Source: a virus (Duplodnaviria; Caudoviricetes). From it: a stretch of 52,637 nucleotides of DNA. Below, piece after piece: positions 7,567 through 16,650 of this stretch. Each line of letters begins with the position of its first letter. Positions within the stretch are counted from its first letter, which is position 1. A program made the position numbers and the translations under genes. The notes beneath the pieces are model-generated. The model searched no databases. It saw only the letters and a program-made list of their open reading frames with translations, and was not told the origin of the DNA. The stretch lies in IMG/VR virus record IMGVR_UViG_3300043432_000046, positions 1 through 52,637 of that record, one strand, 5' to 3'.

Positions 7567-8844
7567 TTATGCTGATTTTACATTACGTAATGGTTGTGTG
7601 TACATTGCCTGACGACTGAACACGAGGTCATGTGTGTCCTTGTTCAGCGGTACACCCCTGTAACTGTTGTCCGGCTGTGAAGCATCCGTCACCGGCATTG
7701 AGAACTTTTCGTTCAGCGCGGCGTCGGCTTCAGTCTCGACGAACGTGATGTCGCCGTTGACATAATGGAACGCACGTACATCATCCATATCGAAGTCCAC
7801 CAACGACGGATCAGCAGCACTGTTCATGTACAGCAACGGAAACATCGTTCCGTGTTCTTTCATTAGATCGACTACGGCTTGCTTACCGGATTCGCGTTGG
7901 AGGCTGAACTTCTCCGGGTAAATAGTTTTACCATCTTCCACAATGGCTCTAACCTGTACGTCAACGGTGTAGTCCTTATCGAACTTTTCGTCATTAACGA
8001 TGCCACCGTGGATGATGAATTCGTAAAGATCGGCAACAGCCCACCGGGTTCCGATGATGAATTCAAGAGAGTAATCATTATCCAGTAAGGCACGACTCGC
8101 AAGGTGCCAACTGATAGCTGTTTCCATAACAACCTGAGAATTTGCAGCTTCAAACGAAACCAAGTCATCCTTGATATGTACGTCGTGACGTGCTCCTGTG
8201 ATGGCTCCGCCAACGCCCATCGCTTGAATCGTAGCGTCCGGGTAGTCAGTGTTGCGCGGCGCAACCATTTCATTTTTGTTCCAGCGGTCGGCTTGTTTGC
8301 GCGGATTGTCCCAACAGCACATGGGCCACAGTGCACGCAGAAGCCTGTTGCCCTCGAACGCGCTCTGTATGACGCTCAAGTTGTTCGTCGCACGTTTCTC
8401 AGTTTCACCCGCGAGCAGTATGCGCGTGTCCACGCCTGCACGTCCAGGTATGTAGATGTTATTGTCCTTCGGTTGGATGATTAAGTGGATCGGCAGGCCG
8501 TGGGCGATCATGGAAGTTTTCGCGTGGTTACGGGGCAGCAGGAGCAACTTGCGATATAGATTACGCTGCGCCGCCCACGCCGATACCTGCGTGTGTAGCA
8601 CTGGTGACAAGTAGTTCCGCATCAGTACGCCTTTCGTGAAGACGTACAGATTCGCTTCGGCGCGTTTGCGGAACGTCGTGATGTACGCGCCTTCGGGCTG
8701 CGTGGCACCAGCTTGGCGCGGCTGACCTGTTTTGGAGTCTACGGTGATTTCGACGGACGGCGGGCGCTCGTCTTGCAACGGCGTAAGCGGATCGCTCTCG
8801 GAGAACGGATTGTCGAGGTTATCAACGAAGTCACGCAGGTTCAA
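7567..8844 (-). CDS. terL: Terminase large subunit, stand-alone N-terminal ATPase domain
   Basis: Walker A LPRNHAKTS, GGAITGAR, Walker B HIKDDLV, coupling motif IIGTRW; probable TTG start at 8844 after GGAG (ORF open to 8976). Confidence 0.88.
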   Translation of the reverse strand: MNLRDFVDNLDNPFSESDPLTPLQDERPPSVEITVDSKTGQPRQAGATQPEGAYITTFRKRAEANLYVFTKGVLMRNYLSPVLHTQVSAWAAQRNLYRKLLLLPRNHAKTSMIAHGLPIHLIIQPKDNNIYIPGRAGVDTRILLAGETEKRATNNLSVIQSAFEGNRLLRALWPMCCWDNPRKQADRWNKNEMVAPRNTDYPDATIQAMGVGGAITGARHDVHIKDDLVSFEAANSQVVMETAISWHLASRALLDNDYSLEFIIGTRWAVADLYEFIIHGGIVNDEKFDKDYTVDVQVRAIVEDGKTIYPEKFSLQRESGKQAVVDLMKEHGTMFPLLYMNSAADPSLVDFDMDDVRAFHYVNGDITFVETEADAALNEKFSMPVTDASQPDNSYRGVPLNKDTHDLVFSRQAMYTQPLRNVKSA

Positions 8845-9112
8845 GAGCTTTCTCCAACGCTTCGGTCTTCGCAGCTTGGCCTTTTTGATAAGGCATCCAG
8901 GTACAATAGTCGCTACCTGGGACGGCCATATCGTCCTGTAAGAGCAAGACGCTTGTTTCAGACCGTGGATTACCATCTTCGTTAATCACCATGAGATTAA
9001 CATACAAATCGCTAAAGACCTTGGCAACGTGTGCAGCCAGTGGGCCTTTGTGCCCTTGGCCATAACTGTACTTATAAAACCATACTACTCTGCCAACTGT
9101 CGGTTTAATCAT
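8831..9112 (-). CDS. Phage hypothetical protein
   Basis: MIKPTVGRVVW...AA...VNLMV...WMPYQ pattern common in phages; GGAGG RBS. Confidence 0.75.
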   Translation of the reverse strand: MIKPTVGRVVWFYKYSYGQGHKGPLAAHVAKVFSDLYVNLMVINEDGNPRSETSVLLLQDDMAVPGSDYCTWMPYQKGQAAKTEALEKALEPA

Positions 9113-9675
9113 AATCCCTCCTGTTCATTGTCGCGAGCTATCATTTCCTCAATCGTCAGCGGCATGATACGTTCGATCTCAACCGCAATATCAGCTTCAG
9201 TCGGCGCTTCGATAGCCGCCTGCGGTAACTGCCCGTCCACGTCGCGTATCGCCGCTGCGAGGCCCGCCAAGTCACTACCTTCGATCACGAGCTTCACGGT
9301 GCGCTTACCGTCGCCCTCACGCTGCTTCGGTGCGTACAGGTCGAGCGCACGTCCAATGATCTTGTCAGCCGCCGTCACACGGTCAGTATCGCGGGCGGTT
9401 GCGCTGTCACGAATGGTCGTCATCGTGGTCAGCGATGGCATCACTTCGTCCACCAGCGCCTCTGCGAACTTCCTCAAGCCGTGCCGCTTGATCTCATCCT
9501 GCGCTTGCGCAACCTCCGTCTGGAACAGTGGGCTACGCAGTATCCCCCGCACATACATCTCACTGTACCCCGTCACGTCTGCGATCTCGCGTGGCTGCTT
9601 GCCGTACGCCACGTACTCAACCATCATCCTGTGGCGTGGGTTCGTCCTGCTGTACTTGTCTACGTCGTTCGCCAT
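9109..9675 (-). CDS. terS: Putative terminase small subunit
   Basis: HTH-like PREIADVTGYSEMYVRGIL, helical middle, upstream of TerL; ATG 9675 after GGGGA. Confidence 0.6.
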   Translation of the reverse strand: MANDVDKYSRTNPRHRMMVEYVAYGKQPREIADVTGYSEMYVRGILRSPLFQTEVAQAQDEIKRHGLRKFAEALVDEVMPSLTTMTTIRDSATARDTDRVTAADKIIGRALDLYAPKQREGDGKRTVKLVIEGSDLAGLAAAIRDVDGQLPQAAIEAPTEADIAVEIERIMPLTIEEMIARDNEQEGL

Positions 9676-9742
9676 GTGTATCCCCGTGAGGGTGCGTGCC
9701 ACGGCCTGCGCGTGAAACAACTACCGGGGAGCAGCCGATAGA

Positions 9743-9770
9743 AGCAGGACTAGCGAAGGTTAGTCCTGCT
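9743..9770. other. Stable hairpin in the leader of the terS transcript
   Basis: AGCAGGACTAGC-GAAG-GTTAGTCCTGCT. Confidence 0.6.
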
Positions 9771-9808
9771 GTACCGTAGGCACGCACCCATGAGCAACGA
9801 GCAATTCC

Positions 9809-9837
9809 TATATACGCGGTAACGCCGCGTGTGTCAA
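9809..9837 (-). promoter_or_regulatory. sigma70-type promoter TTGACA-N17-TATATA with palindromic spacer CGCGG-N5-CCGCG
   Basis: Read directly from the - strand. Confidence 0.7.
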
Positions 9838-9840
9838 GTG

Positions 9841-10134
9841 TTATTTGGATGTTTGGCGCGAATCTTGCGTGGCAGGAATACTTCGTAGAATTCTTCGTTC
9901 AAGTTCAATAGCATCCAGCAACGGCTGTGCTTCAGCTTCTAGTTCCCGTAACACAACCTTCAACGCCTTATCCTCATCCTCCACGAGCGAATATAACGGT
10001 ATCCACCTTTTCAGTATCTTCGGCTTCTGCGTACCCGCACGCGGCACACTCGCATACACAAGTTTGCGCCAGTGCTCAGGATCAGCAATCACATCGACAT
10101 GAACAACCTTGCCGATGATTTCCTTGGCGTCCAT
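9841..10134 (-). CDS. Hypothetical protein, first gene of the late arm
   Basis: 97 aa ORF immediately downstream of a promoter. Confidence 0.65.
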   Translation of the reverse strand: MDAKEIIGKVVHVDVIADPEHWRKLVYASVPRAGTQKPKILKRWIPLYSLVEDEDKALKVVLRELEAEAQPLLDAIELERRILRSIPATQDSRQTSK

Positions 10135-10140
10135 GCACCT

Positions 10141-10169
10141 ACCCTACGCGGCGCAGCCGCGCTTGTCAA
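10141..10169 (-). promoter_or_regulatory. sigma70-type promoter TTGACA-N17-TAGGGT with the same CGCGG-N5-CCGCG spacer
   Basis: Same architecture as 9809-9837. Confidence 0.6.
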
Positions 10170-10276
10170 GCCTGCGCACAGATAACTGTCTCCAACGATA
10201 GTGAAAATGGATTTCGCGTATGGGAGCATCTTCGCCGCTGCCGCCGAACGTCCTGGGGGGTTCCCCACCCCCTTAT

Positions 10277-10338
10277 GCAAGACCTGTGCCACGTAGCTGG
10301 CATGATATTTGCTTGCGTCGCGTTGGCACGAGTATTGC
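10277..10338. promoter_or_regulatory. Three sigma54 (-24/-12) consensus motifs
   Basis: - strand TGGCACA-GGTC-TTGC 10277-10291; + strand TGGCATG-ATAT-TTGC 10298-10312 and TGGCACG-AGTA-TTGC 10324-10338. Confidence 0.7.
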
Positions 10339-10505
10339 TAGGCGTCAACGTAGTATAAGCACTTGTCATGCGATGCACTGACTATCTTGACTGTGCAGTG
10401 CCCCGAAAGCCGGCGAATATCCAATGAACCATAGCAACGTCGCAGAGTTACAGGTCACTTGCTTTTCACGAGATAGTTGCCTTTTCGCCAAAAGCCCCAT
10501 TTCGA

Positions 10506-11068
10506 CGTTTGTAACTACCTGATTTTACAGGCCGTTGTATAGCGGAGCAAGATAGTTTCAAATCGCTACTATCCTTTATACTGCAACGTCATCGCGTGTT
10601 TAGCTCGCTAGAATGTTATCGTTTATCATCTGTCTTGAGAAGAGGTGAAATTTGCAAGTCCATGATATTGCTGGACTTCATAGGTTATATCTACATTATA
10701 CTATAGCTGGCGTGCTGCAAGCCCGACCCCTCAGACGCGTGCGCGATTCCAGATTTATAGTATATAAAATATATATATATATATTAAATACTTAGCTCAC
10801 TTTGTCAATCAATTTTTCCAGCAAGTCCTTATCACGTGTTTCACGCGCCAGGGGTTTACAGCAGCACAGCTATATAATAAGGTAGGAATAACCTACGAAG
10901 TGTAAGCACTTCGCGGAGTTACAATTTTCGATCCTTCTCAAGATAGATGATAAACCGTTGCTATCTTAGGACGTAACAGCATGTTATTTCTTAGTTTTGA
11001 GAGATATTAATGAGGCGTAACTATCTCGTTTCGCTATCCAAACACAATGTTATCAGGTACTTAGAACG
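10506..11068. repeat. Long imperfect inverted repeat around an AT-rich core; candidate replication origin
   Basis: Arms ~10506-10741 and ~10842-11068 match in blocks; (TA)n core ~10752-10792. Confidence 0.75.
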
Positions 11069-11259
11069 CGATAAACACCTATTACGCCATTTCTGGCAAA
11101 CTTGTCAATTATGGCATAGTTGCTAACAGCGCAATATGATTGTACTTTATAGCACATTATACGCTCAACGTGCCATAACTGTCTCGTTTTGTTCTTACAA
11201 ATTGGAAGGTTATGAAAACGCGGTGTAATGTTATCAGGTAGTTACACGTAATAAGCACT

Positions 11260-11274
11260 TGGCATGTGAATTGC
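11260..11274 (+). promoter_or_regulatory. sigma54-type motif upstream of the first early gene
   Basis: TGGCATG-TGAA-TTGC, about 40 bp before ATG 11317. Confidence 0.6.
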
Positions 11275-11316
11275 TGCCTTGTATGCTTGCCTACGGGCAT
11301 TTTGAGGAGTGTAAAG

Positions 11317-11466
11317 ATGAAAACCTGCTACCTTTGCAAAAAAGCAACAAGCAAAAATATTAAGGCCGAATACGCCGAATCGTATGGGCCTGTACGGATA
11401 TATCTTTGCAAGACGCATGCTATTGACCGAGATTGGAAACGAATCAAGAAACTTAAGGATAGCTGA
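11317..11466 (+). CDS. Small zinc-binding hypothetical protein
   Basis: GAGGAG RBS; CxxC...CxxH. Confidence 0.65.
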   Translation: MKTCYLCKKATSKNIKAEYAESYGPVRIYLCKTHAIDRDWKRIKKLKDS

Positions 11467-11501
11467 CAAACACCTATTTCACGCGCACTTGAACTTTTTT
11501 G

Positions 11502-11530
11502 TTGACAACGTAAACGTAACCTGATATATG
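11502..11530 (+). promoter_or_regulatory. sigma70-type early promoter
   Basis: T-tract, TTGACA-N17-TATATG with TG extension. Confidence 0.55.
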
Positions 11531-11629
11531 AACACCATTGCAATCATTTTACTAATTGTCTATCTCGTTAGCGTGGTCATTCGACAACCAAGGCGCGATA
11601 GACGTAACTTGAGATAAGGAGCAACGTCC

Positions 11630-11875
11630 ATGCCATGTTTCCACTGTCCACATTGTCAAGCCGCACACCTTGAAAAATTGGAATTCTTTGCACTTATCAT
11701 AGATGATGCCGAAACACTCGCTTGTGATGGACGTGTAACCGAAGCATGTAAGCTCGTAGGCTCGTGGTTGTCATACAATCGCGAAGTGTACCAGACTAAC
11801 GTTTTCCGCGACTTTGTTGCACGAAACAGTCATTGGATTATGAACAGTGAGCCATATTTCAATCAGCTAGGATAA
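11630..11875 (+). CDS. Hypothetical protein with N-terminal CxxC
   Basis: TAAGGAG RBS; 81 aa. Confidence 0.75.
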   Translation: MPCFHCPHCQAAHLEKLEFFALIIDDAETLACDGRVTEACKLVGSWLSYNREVYQTNVFRDFVARNSHWIMNSEPYFNQLG

Positions 11876-11889
11876 GGAGCAACAACACA

Positions 11890-12936
11890 ATGAGAACGAG
11901 CGATCTTCACGACCTCTTAGTGGCGAACATACGCGCCAAGCGGAATGTCTTAATGGTTGGCGATCAAGGCGTAGGCAAGACATACATTCAGCGCCAAGCC
12001 GCACAAGCCGCGAAGTCTTTGAACTTCGTAATCAAGCCTGCCATTGGCGATCCGACCGACATTAAGGGAATGCCTTGGATATACCGCAATGGTGACGATG
12101 CGATACATGCGGAGTTTGTCGCGTTTGGGGAACTGCAACAGGTATATGACGCAATCGCACAAGGATTGCTCTGTTCGCTGTTTATTGATGACTTGGGGCA
12201 AGCAAGTACAGCTATGCAAGCCGGTTGCATGAGCTTGTTAGACAAGCTCTTGGGTAAGTGCAGCGTAATCGCCGCGACAAATCGACGCGGGAACACTGGC
12301 GTATCCGGTATTCTTGATCCGATCAAAAGCCGGTTCGGGACCATTACTACTGTTGAAGCCAACGTCGAAGATTTTACCGAACATCTGATAGACCATGCGC
12401 CAGACTACGACCTTGACGAGGATTGCGCGTTGGACCTTATTTCGTTCCTTCGCTTCCGACCAGACCTACTCTGTCAGTACAAGCCAAACGCAGACCTTAC
12501 AAATCAGCCGAACCCGCGCACATGGATCAGTGCGGGTCAACAGATAATGCTCCGCTTACCTTCGCGCATTGAAGTTGCAGCTATCCAAGGTGCTGTTGGC
12601 GAGGGACCGGGAGGCGAGTTTATCGCCTTCAGGCAGATACGTAAAGACATGCCGAACCTGGACGGAATTATTCTTGATCCGGCCAAAGCTCCGATACCAG
12701 AACAGCTATCACTGTTATGGGCAGTAGTTACTGGCTTAGCTGCCAAGGTTACAGAGCAGAACTTCGCACGTATCGCGCAGTATGGTGATCGGCTTGCCAA
12801 AGCTAGTCACGGCGAATTTGGCGCATTGCTGGTTCGCGATTGCGTACAGCGTAATAGGCGCGTTGCGAATACGCCAACCTTTACCAAGCTGGCAGCGACG
12901 GACCTCGGTAAATTATTACTTGGACGTTTCGCGTAA
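11890..12936 (+). CDS. MoxR-type AAA+ ATPase
   Basis: Walker A GDQGVGKT, Walker B LFIDDL, sensor AATN, Arg finger SRF, PNPRTW. Confidence 0.88.
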   Translation: MRTSDLHDLLVANIRAKRNVLMVGDQGVGKTYIQRQAAQAAKSLNFVIKPAIGDPTDIKGMPWIYRNGDDAIHAEFVAFGELQQVYDAIAQGLLCSLFIDDLGQASTAMQAGCMSLLDKLLGKCSVIAATNRRGNTGVSGILDPIKSRFGTITTVEANVEDFTEHLIDHAPDYDLDEDCALDLISFLRFRPDLLCQYKPNADLTNQPNPRTWISAGQQIMLRLPSRIEVAAIQGAVGEGPGGEFIAFRQIRKDMPNLDGIILDPAKAPIPEQLSLLWAVVTGLAAKVTEQNFARIAQYGDRLAKASHGEFGALLVRDCVQRNRRVANTPTFTKLAATDLGKLLLGRFA

Positions 12937-12947
12937 GGAGCAAAACT

Positions 12948-13808
12948 ATGTCAGCAAAACTAACCGAACGAGCGATGTTAGTCAGCTATCATGAGACGCG
13001 GTGGAACGCTCGGAAGTATGACCGCAAGATTAGCGACGAAGTAGCCAAGGCGCACAACGCGAGCGAAGCGGTCGGGCGCTACAATAAGAACTTGCTCCCG
13101 GTTGACGCGCCAAGCTACAAGGCTGTCCATCAAGTGTATAACGCGGCCCGGACATGCCACTACGAACAAACTTTACCTTGGCAAGACGAAGGACCGCGCA
13201 TACTCCCCGCGACAAACTTTCTCGACTACGGTCAGCGTATGCGCGGTCATTTCAAGGCGATTGACTTAGCAGTAGCGGACTTCTTGCATGACTATCCGCG
13301 CTTGCAAGCGAACGCACAAGCAACGCTCAACAGTCTGTACAATCCGGCTGACTATCCAACAGTCGAAGAACTACGAAGCAAGTTTAGTCACGATATGCGC
13401 GTGCTACCCATGCCGGACGCTAGTGACTTCCGCGTAACGCTGGCCGACGATGACGTGCAAGAGATACGTGAGAACATCCAACGGGATGTTGATGCCAGCG
13501 TAGCAGATGCCATGCGCGACCTTTACACGCGATTGCATACCGCAGTGGCGCACATGGCGAACAAACTAACTGACACTGACGCCGTGTTCCGCGATTCACT
13601 CGTGATGAACCTTCGCGAGCTATGTGACTTGCTTCCGCGTTTGAATCTGACCGGCGATGCCAACCTTGACGCCATGCGAGCGCGTATCGAAGATGAACTC
13701 GCGTCTTGGGAACCCGAAGACCTACGCAAGAGCAAGCCCCTACGTTCCGAGATTGCACGCAAGGCTGAGCAGATTCAAAGCGATCTTGCGGCGTTCATGG
13801 GAGTATAA
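12948..13808 (+). CDS. DUF3150-like helical protein of the MoxR/vWA module
   Basis: AMLV...W.ARK.D, TLPW.D.G.R.LP and YP..EEL..KF pattern; lies between the AAA and vWA genes. Confidence 0.65.
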   Translation: MSAKLTERAMLVSYHETRWNARKYDRKISDEVAKAHNASEAVGRYNKNLLPVDAPSYKAVHQVYNAARTCHYEQTLPWQDEGPRILPATNFLDYGQRMRGHFKAIDLAVADFLHDYPRLQANAQATLNSLYNPADYPTVEELRSKFSHDMRVLPMPDASDFRVTLADDDVQEIRENIQRDVDASVADAMRDLYTRLHTAVAHMANKLTDTDAVFRDSLVMNLRELCDLLPRLNLTGDANLDAMRARIEDELASWEPEDLRKSKPLRSEIARKAEQIQSDLAAFMGV

Positions 13809-13814
13809 CACGCT

Positions 13815-14936
13815 ATGACAAACGACGAAGCACTACGCAAAGTTAAACAGGCGAAAACAAATCTTCTGCTCGATGAGCCATTCTTCGGAACGCTCTGCTA
13901 CAGGTTGCACGAAGTACCGGACGAAGCGGCGCGAACCTTCGCAACAAACGGTATCGAGCTACGTTTCGCGCCTAGTTTCGTCGAAACGTTGTCAATTCAC
14001 GAAGTCATGGGAGTTATCGCACACGAAATCTTGCACGTCACAAACGGTCACTGTTGGCGAGAACAAGGCCGAGATCATAAGCGATTCAACGTTGCAGCCG
14101 ACTACGCAATTAACCCTATGCTCAAGGACGCTGGCTTTATTCTGCCACAAGGTGCGTTAATTGATAGTCAGTTCAACGGGATGGCAGCCGAACAGATTTA
14201 TGATCTGCTGCCAGCGGGTAAGGACGATGATAAGCAAGGCAAACCCGACCCGAACGGCGAACCGGGCTGTGGTATGGGAGAATTTGAGCAAGCGCCAAGC
14301 GAACAAACAGATCAACTAGACGTAGAGTGGAAAATTGCTACGCTACAAGCGGCGCAAGCAGCGCAGGCAGCAGGCAAGCTACCCGGTTCACTCAAGGGAT
14401 TGATTGAATCTCTCAAAGAGACTCGTATCGATTGGCGTAGCGCAACGATCCGGTTCGCGCAGGAATTTTGCAAGTCGGATTATAGCTGGGCGATGCCTAA
14501 CCGGCGATACCTGCCAGGCTTGTACTTACCAGCGCTGCGCGATCAACAGATGGGAGAAATCGTAGTCGGCATTGATACAAGTGGAAGTACACGGCACGTT
14601 CTACCAGCGTTCGGAGCGAACCTGCAAGTGATACTCGATATCGTTAGGCCGCGTTTGATGCGCGTGATATACGCTGATTACGCAGTTCAATATGTCGAAA
14701 CGTACGAACCTGGGGACATTATCAAGCTCCGCTCTGACGGTGGAGGCGGAACGTCCTTTGTTCCATTGTTCGAGCATATCGAAGCGGAGCATATTGAACC
14801 GGCTTGCTTGATCTACCTGACAGACCTTGAGGGCGATTTCCCAGAGCAAGGTCCGAGCTATCCGGTCTTATGGGCAAGCACTGAGAAACACGTCGCGCCG
14901 TTCGGAGAGACATTGTATATCGACCCAAGGGATTAA
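13815..14936 (+). CDS. DUF2201-type metallopeptidase-vWA protein
   Basis: HEILH zincin motif, FATNG, N.A.DY.IN; MIDAS DTSGS, GGGT, YLTD. Confidence 0.9.
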   Translation: MTNDEALRKVKQAKTNLLLDEPFFGTLCYRLHEVPDEAARTFATNGIELRFAPSFVETLSIHEVMGVIAHEILHVTNGHCWREQGRDHKRFNVAADYAINPMLKDAGFILPQGALIDSQFNGMAAEQIYDLLPAGKDDDKQGKPDPNGEPGCGMGEFEQAPSEQTDQLDVEWKIATLQAAQAAQAAGKLPGSLKGLIESLKETRIDWRSATIRFAQEFCKSDYSWAMPNRRYLPGLYLPALRDQQMGEIVVGIDTSGSTRHVLPAFGANLQVILDIVRPRLMRVIYADYAVQYVETYEPGDIIKLRSDGGGGTSFVPLFEHIEAEHIEPACLIYLTDLEGDFPEQGPSYPVLWASTEKHVAPFGETLYIDPRD

Positions 14937-15141
14937 CACACCTAGAACGTTTATCCTATGCTGACACAAGTCTGGAATTCCCGCGCAGGTATGTGCGCAA
15001 GGTTCGCGTGCAGAGTTTGCAACAAGACGGGCAAAACAAATATGTACTTTTGTCACTGTTGCTCAAAACACGTTTGCGGTTCATGCCGCAAGGCCCATCA
15101 AGATTATCACCTACTCTTAAAACGTCTAACAGGGAGCGCAT

Positions 15142-15357
15142 ATGTATCACAAGACAATCAGACTACGCCTTGACGGCTTGCATAGCGTGCGCGTGAAACT
15201 GCATTCAATCAACGGACACGAGTGGTCTAGCAGTTCTCCACGGCAAGCCGCACGCGAGCAATTACGATACCTCCGACGGCGCAAGGCCGAGTATATCACT
15301 TGCGCTCATATGTTCTTGGACGTTCCAGCCGGGGGCATCGACTATGATACCAAGTGA
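15142..15357 (+). CDS. Hypothetical protein
   Basis: GGGAG RBS; 71 aa. Confidence 0.55.
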   Translation: MYHKTIRLRLDGLHSVRVKLHSINGHEWSSSSPRQAAREQLRYLRRRKAEYITCAHMFLDVPAGGIDYDTK

Positions 15358-15614
15358 AGTTAGACTGATACTCGGCGCGTTGATTGTCGCGAACCTTATA
15401 CTGTGGTTGGCGTTTATGGCTGGAATCTAATATGGCAAGACAAAACAAACATAAAGCCGTTGTACTGCGTCACCGTTACCGCCCTCGTCCTAACGGCATC
15501 GCGGCTGTCATTGCGTGGCTGCGAAAGGACAAAAGGAGAGATCGACCATGAGCAAATGTCAAGATGTTCATGCGCTCCGAGCGCGTGTGCTGAACGAAGA
15601 AAGGACAAAGTAAC

Positions 15615-16136
15615 ATGAGAATCGTTTTATCCTCGCGTGACGTAGCATCTGCCTGGGCATCCCGCAAACAGTTCGCAGCCCGCAACGGCAAGGGTTCACT
15701 GTTCTTTGAAAACTTGACGGTCTATTCATATGGTAAGCACTTTCCGATTGCGCGCTGGTTAGGTGAAACGTCTAACGTGTGTTTGCTTACGACGCGAAGT
15801 CATAGCGTCACGACAGCGAAACACATTTCAAGGGTTCGCTATGCGATACCGGCCAGCGCCGAAGTGATTCACGTCAGCGATCCGAGCGCCCAACTGGACG
15901 ACAGCACGCTAGACGAAATGCAGGAGAAGATCGAAAGGAACATCATCGAAGTCGAACGGGCGCGGAAGCTACGACCGTACAAGCTTGCAACGCTCCGCAG
16001 GAATGTTGAACAGTTCAAACGTGTCGCGCAGCTAATCCATAGTTCCCGCGATCCGATCTTGCCGAAAGGCTTTGAACTGAGAGCGCGTGTGTTATATGGA
16101 GAACGCTTGTACCAAGAAGGAGAACCACGACTATGA
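15615..16136 (+). CDS. Phage early hypothetical protein
   Basis: YSYGKHFPIA...SVTTAKH motif common in phage early genes; AAGGA RBS. Confidence 0.75.
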   Translation: MRIVLSSRDVASAWASRKQFAARNGKGSLFFENLTVYSYGKHFPIARWLGETSNVCLLTTRSHSVTTAKHISRVRYAIPASAEVIHVSDPSAQLDDSTLDEMQEKIERNIIEVERARKLRPYKLATLRRNVEQFKRVAQLIHSSRDPILPKGFELRARVLYGERLYQEGEPRL

Positions 16137-16453
16137 AACAACCCAAGCCCTACCGCATGACCTCTCACCGCCTGGACCTCGTGCGCCAGATCAAAGCCGC
16201 ACGTCGCGTAAACGATGAAGCGCGACTCGCAGCCCGACGCCTAGCGCGTTCACTTTGGGCATTCCGCAGCGCGGACATCGCTGCGCCCGGCGATCTACGT
16301 GAACGCTACGGTGAAGCAAAAAGTCGCAGCGCAACGAGCAAGGGTTTGCTGGATGAATTGCTGTTCAAACTGCGCCAGCGGTTCGGCCAGTGGGCAGTCG
16401 TGCGCAAGCGCATGAGTCTTGACGAAATACGAAAGGAGTGGGATGCGCGGTGA
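16133..16453 (+). CDS. Hypothetical protein
   Basis: AAGGAG RBS, ATGA overlap. Confidence 0.65.
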   Translation: MKQPKPYRMTSHRLDLVRQIKAARRVNDEARLAARRLARSLWAFRSADIAAPGDLRERYGEAKSRSATSKGLLDELLFKLRQRFGQWAVVRKRMSLDEIRKEWDAR

Positions 16454-16650
16454 AGATCGACGAGTGGAAAGTGATTTACTGTCCGAAGAACTTTTATGAT
16501 GGTAGTACATTTGAGAGTGCGACTAAAAATCCTTGGGCAGTTGTTAAAGACATACCAGAAATAGACGTAAAATGGATCGACTCACGCCACGCAACCGAAC
16601 TCGAAGCACTTACGGAACTACTTCGACAGAGACTAGGAGTAAAGGATTAA
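16450..16650 (+). CDS. Hypothetical protein
   Basis: GTGA overlap with the upstream gene. Confidence 0.6.
   Translation: MKIDEWKVIYCPKNFYDGSTFESATKNPWAVVKDIPEIDVKWIDSRHATELEALTELLRQRLGVKD

Noticed and set aside
11112-11123. Additional sigma54 motif TGGCATAGTTGC
   Set aside because: GG-to-GC spacing is too short
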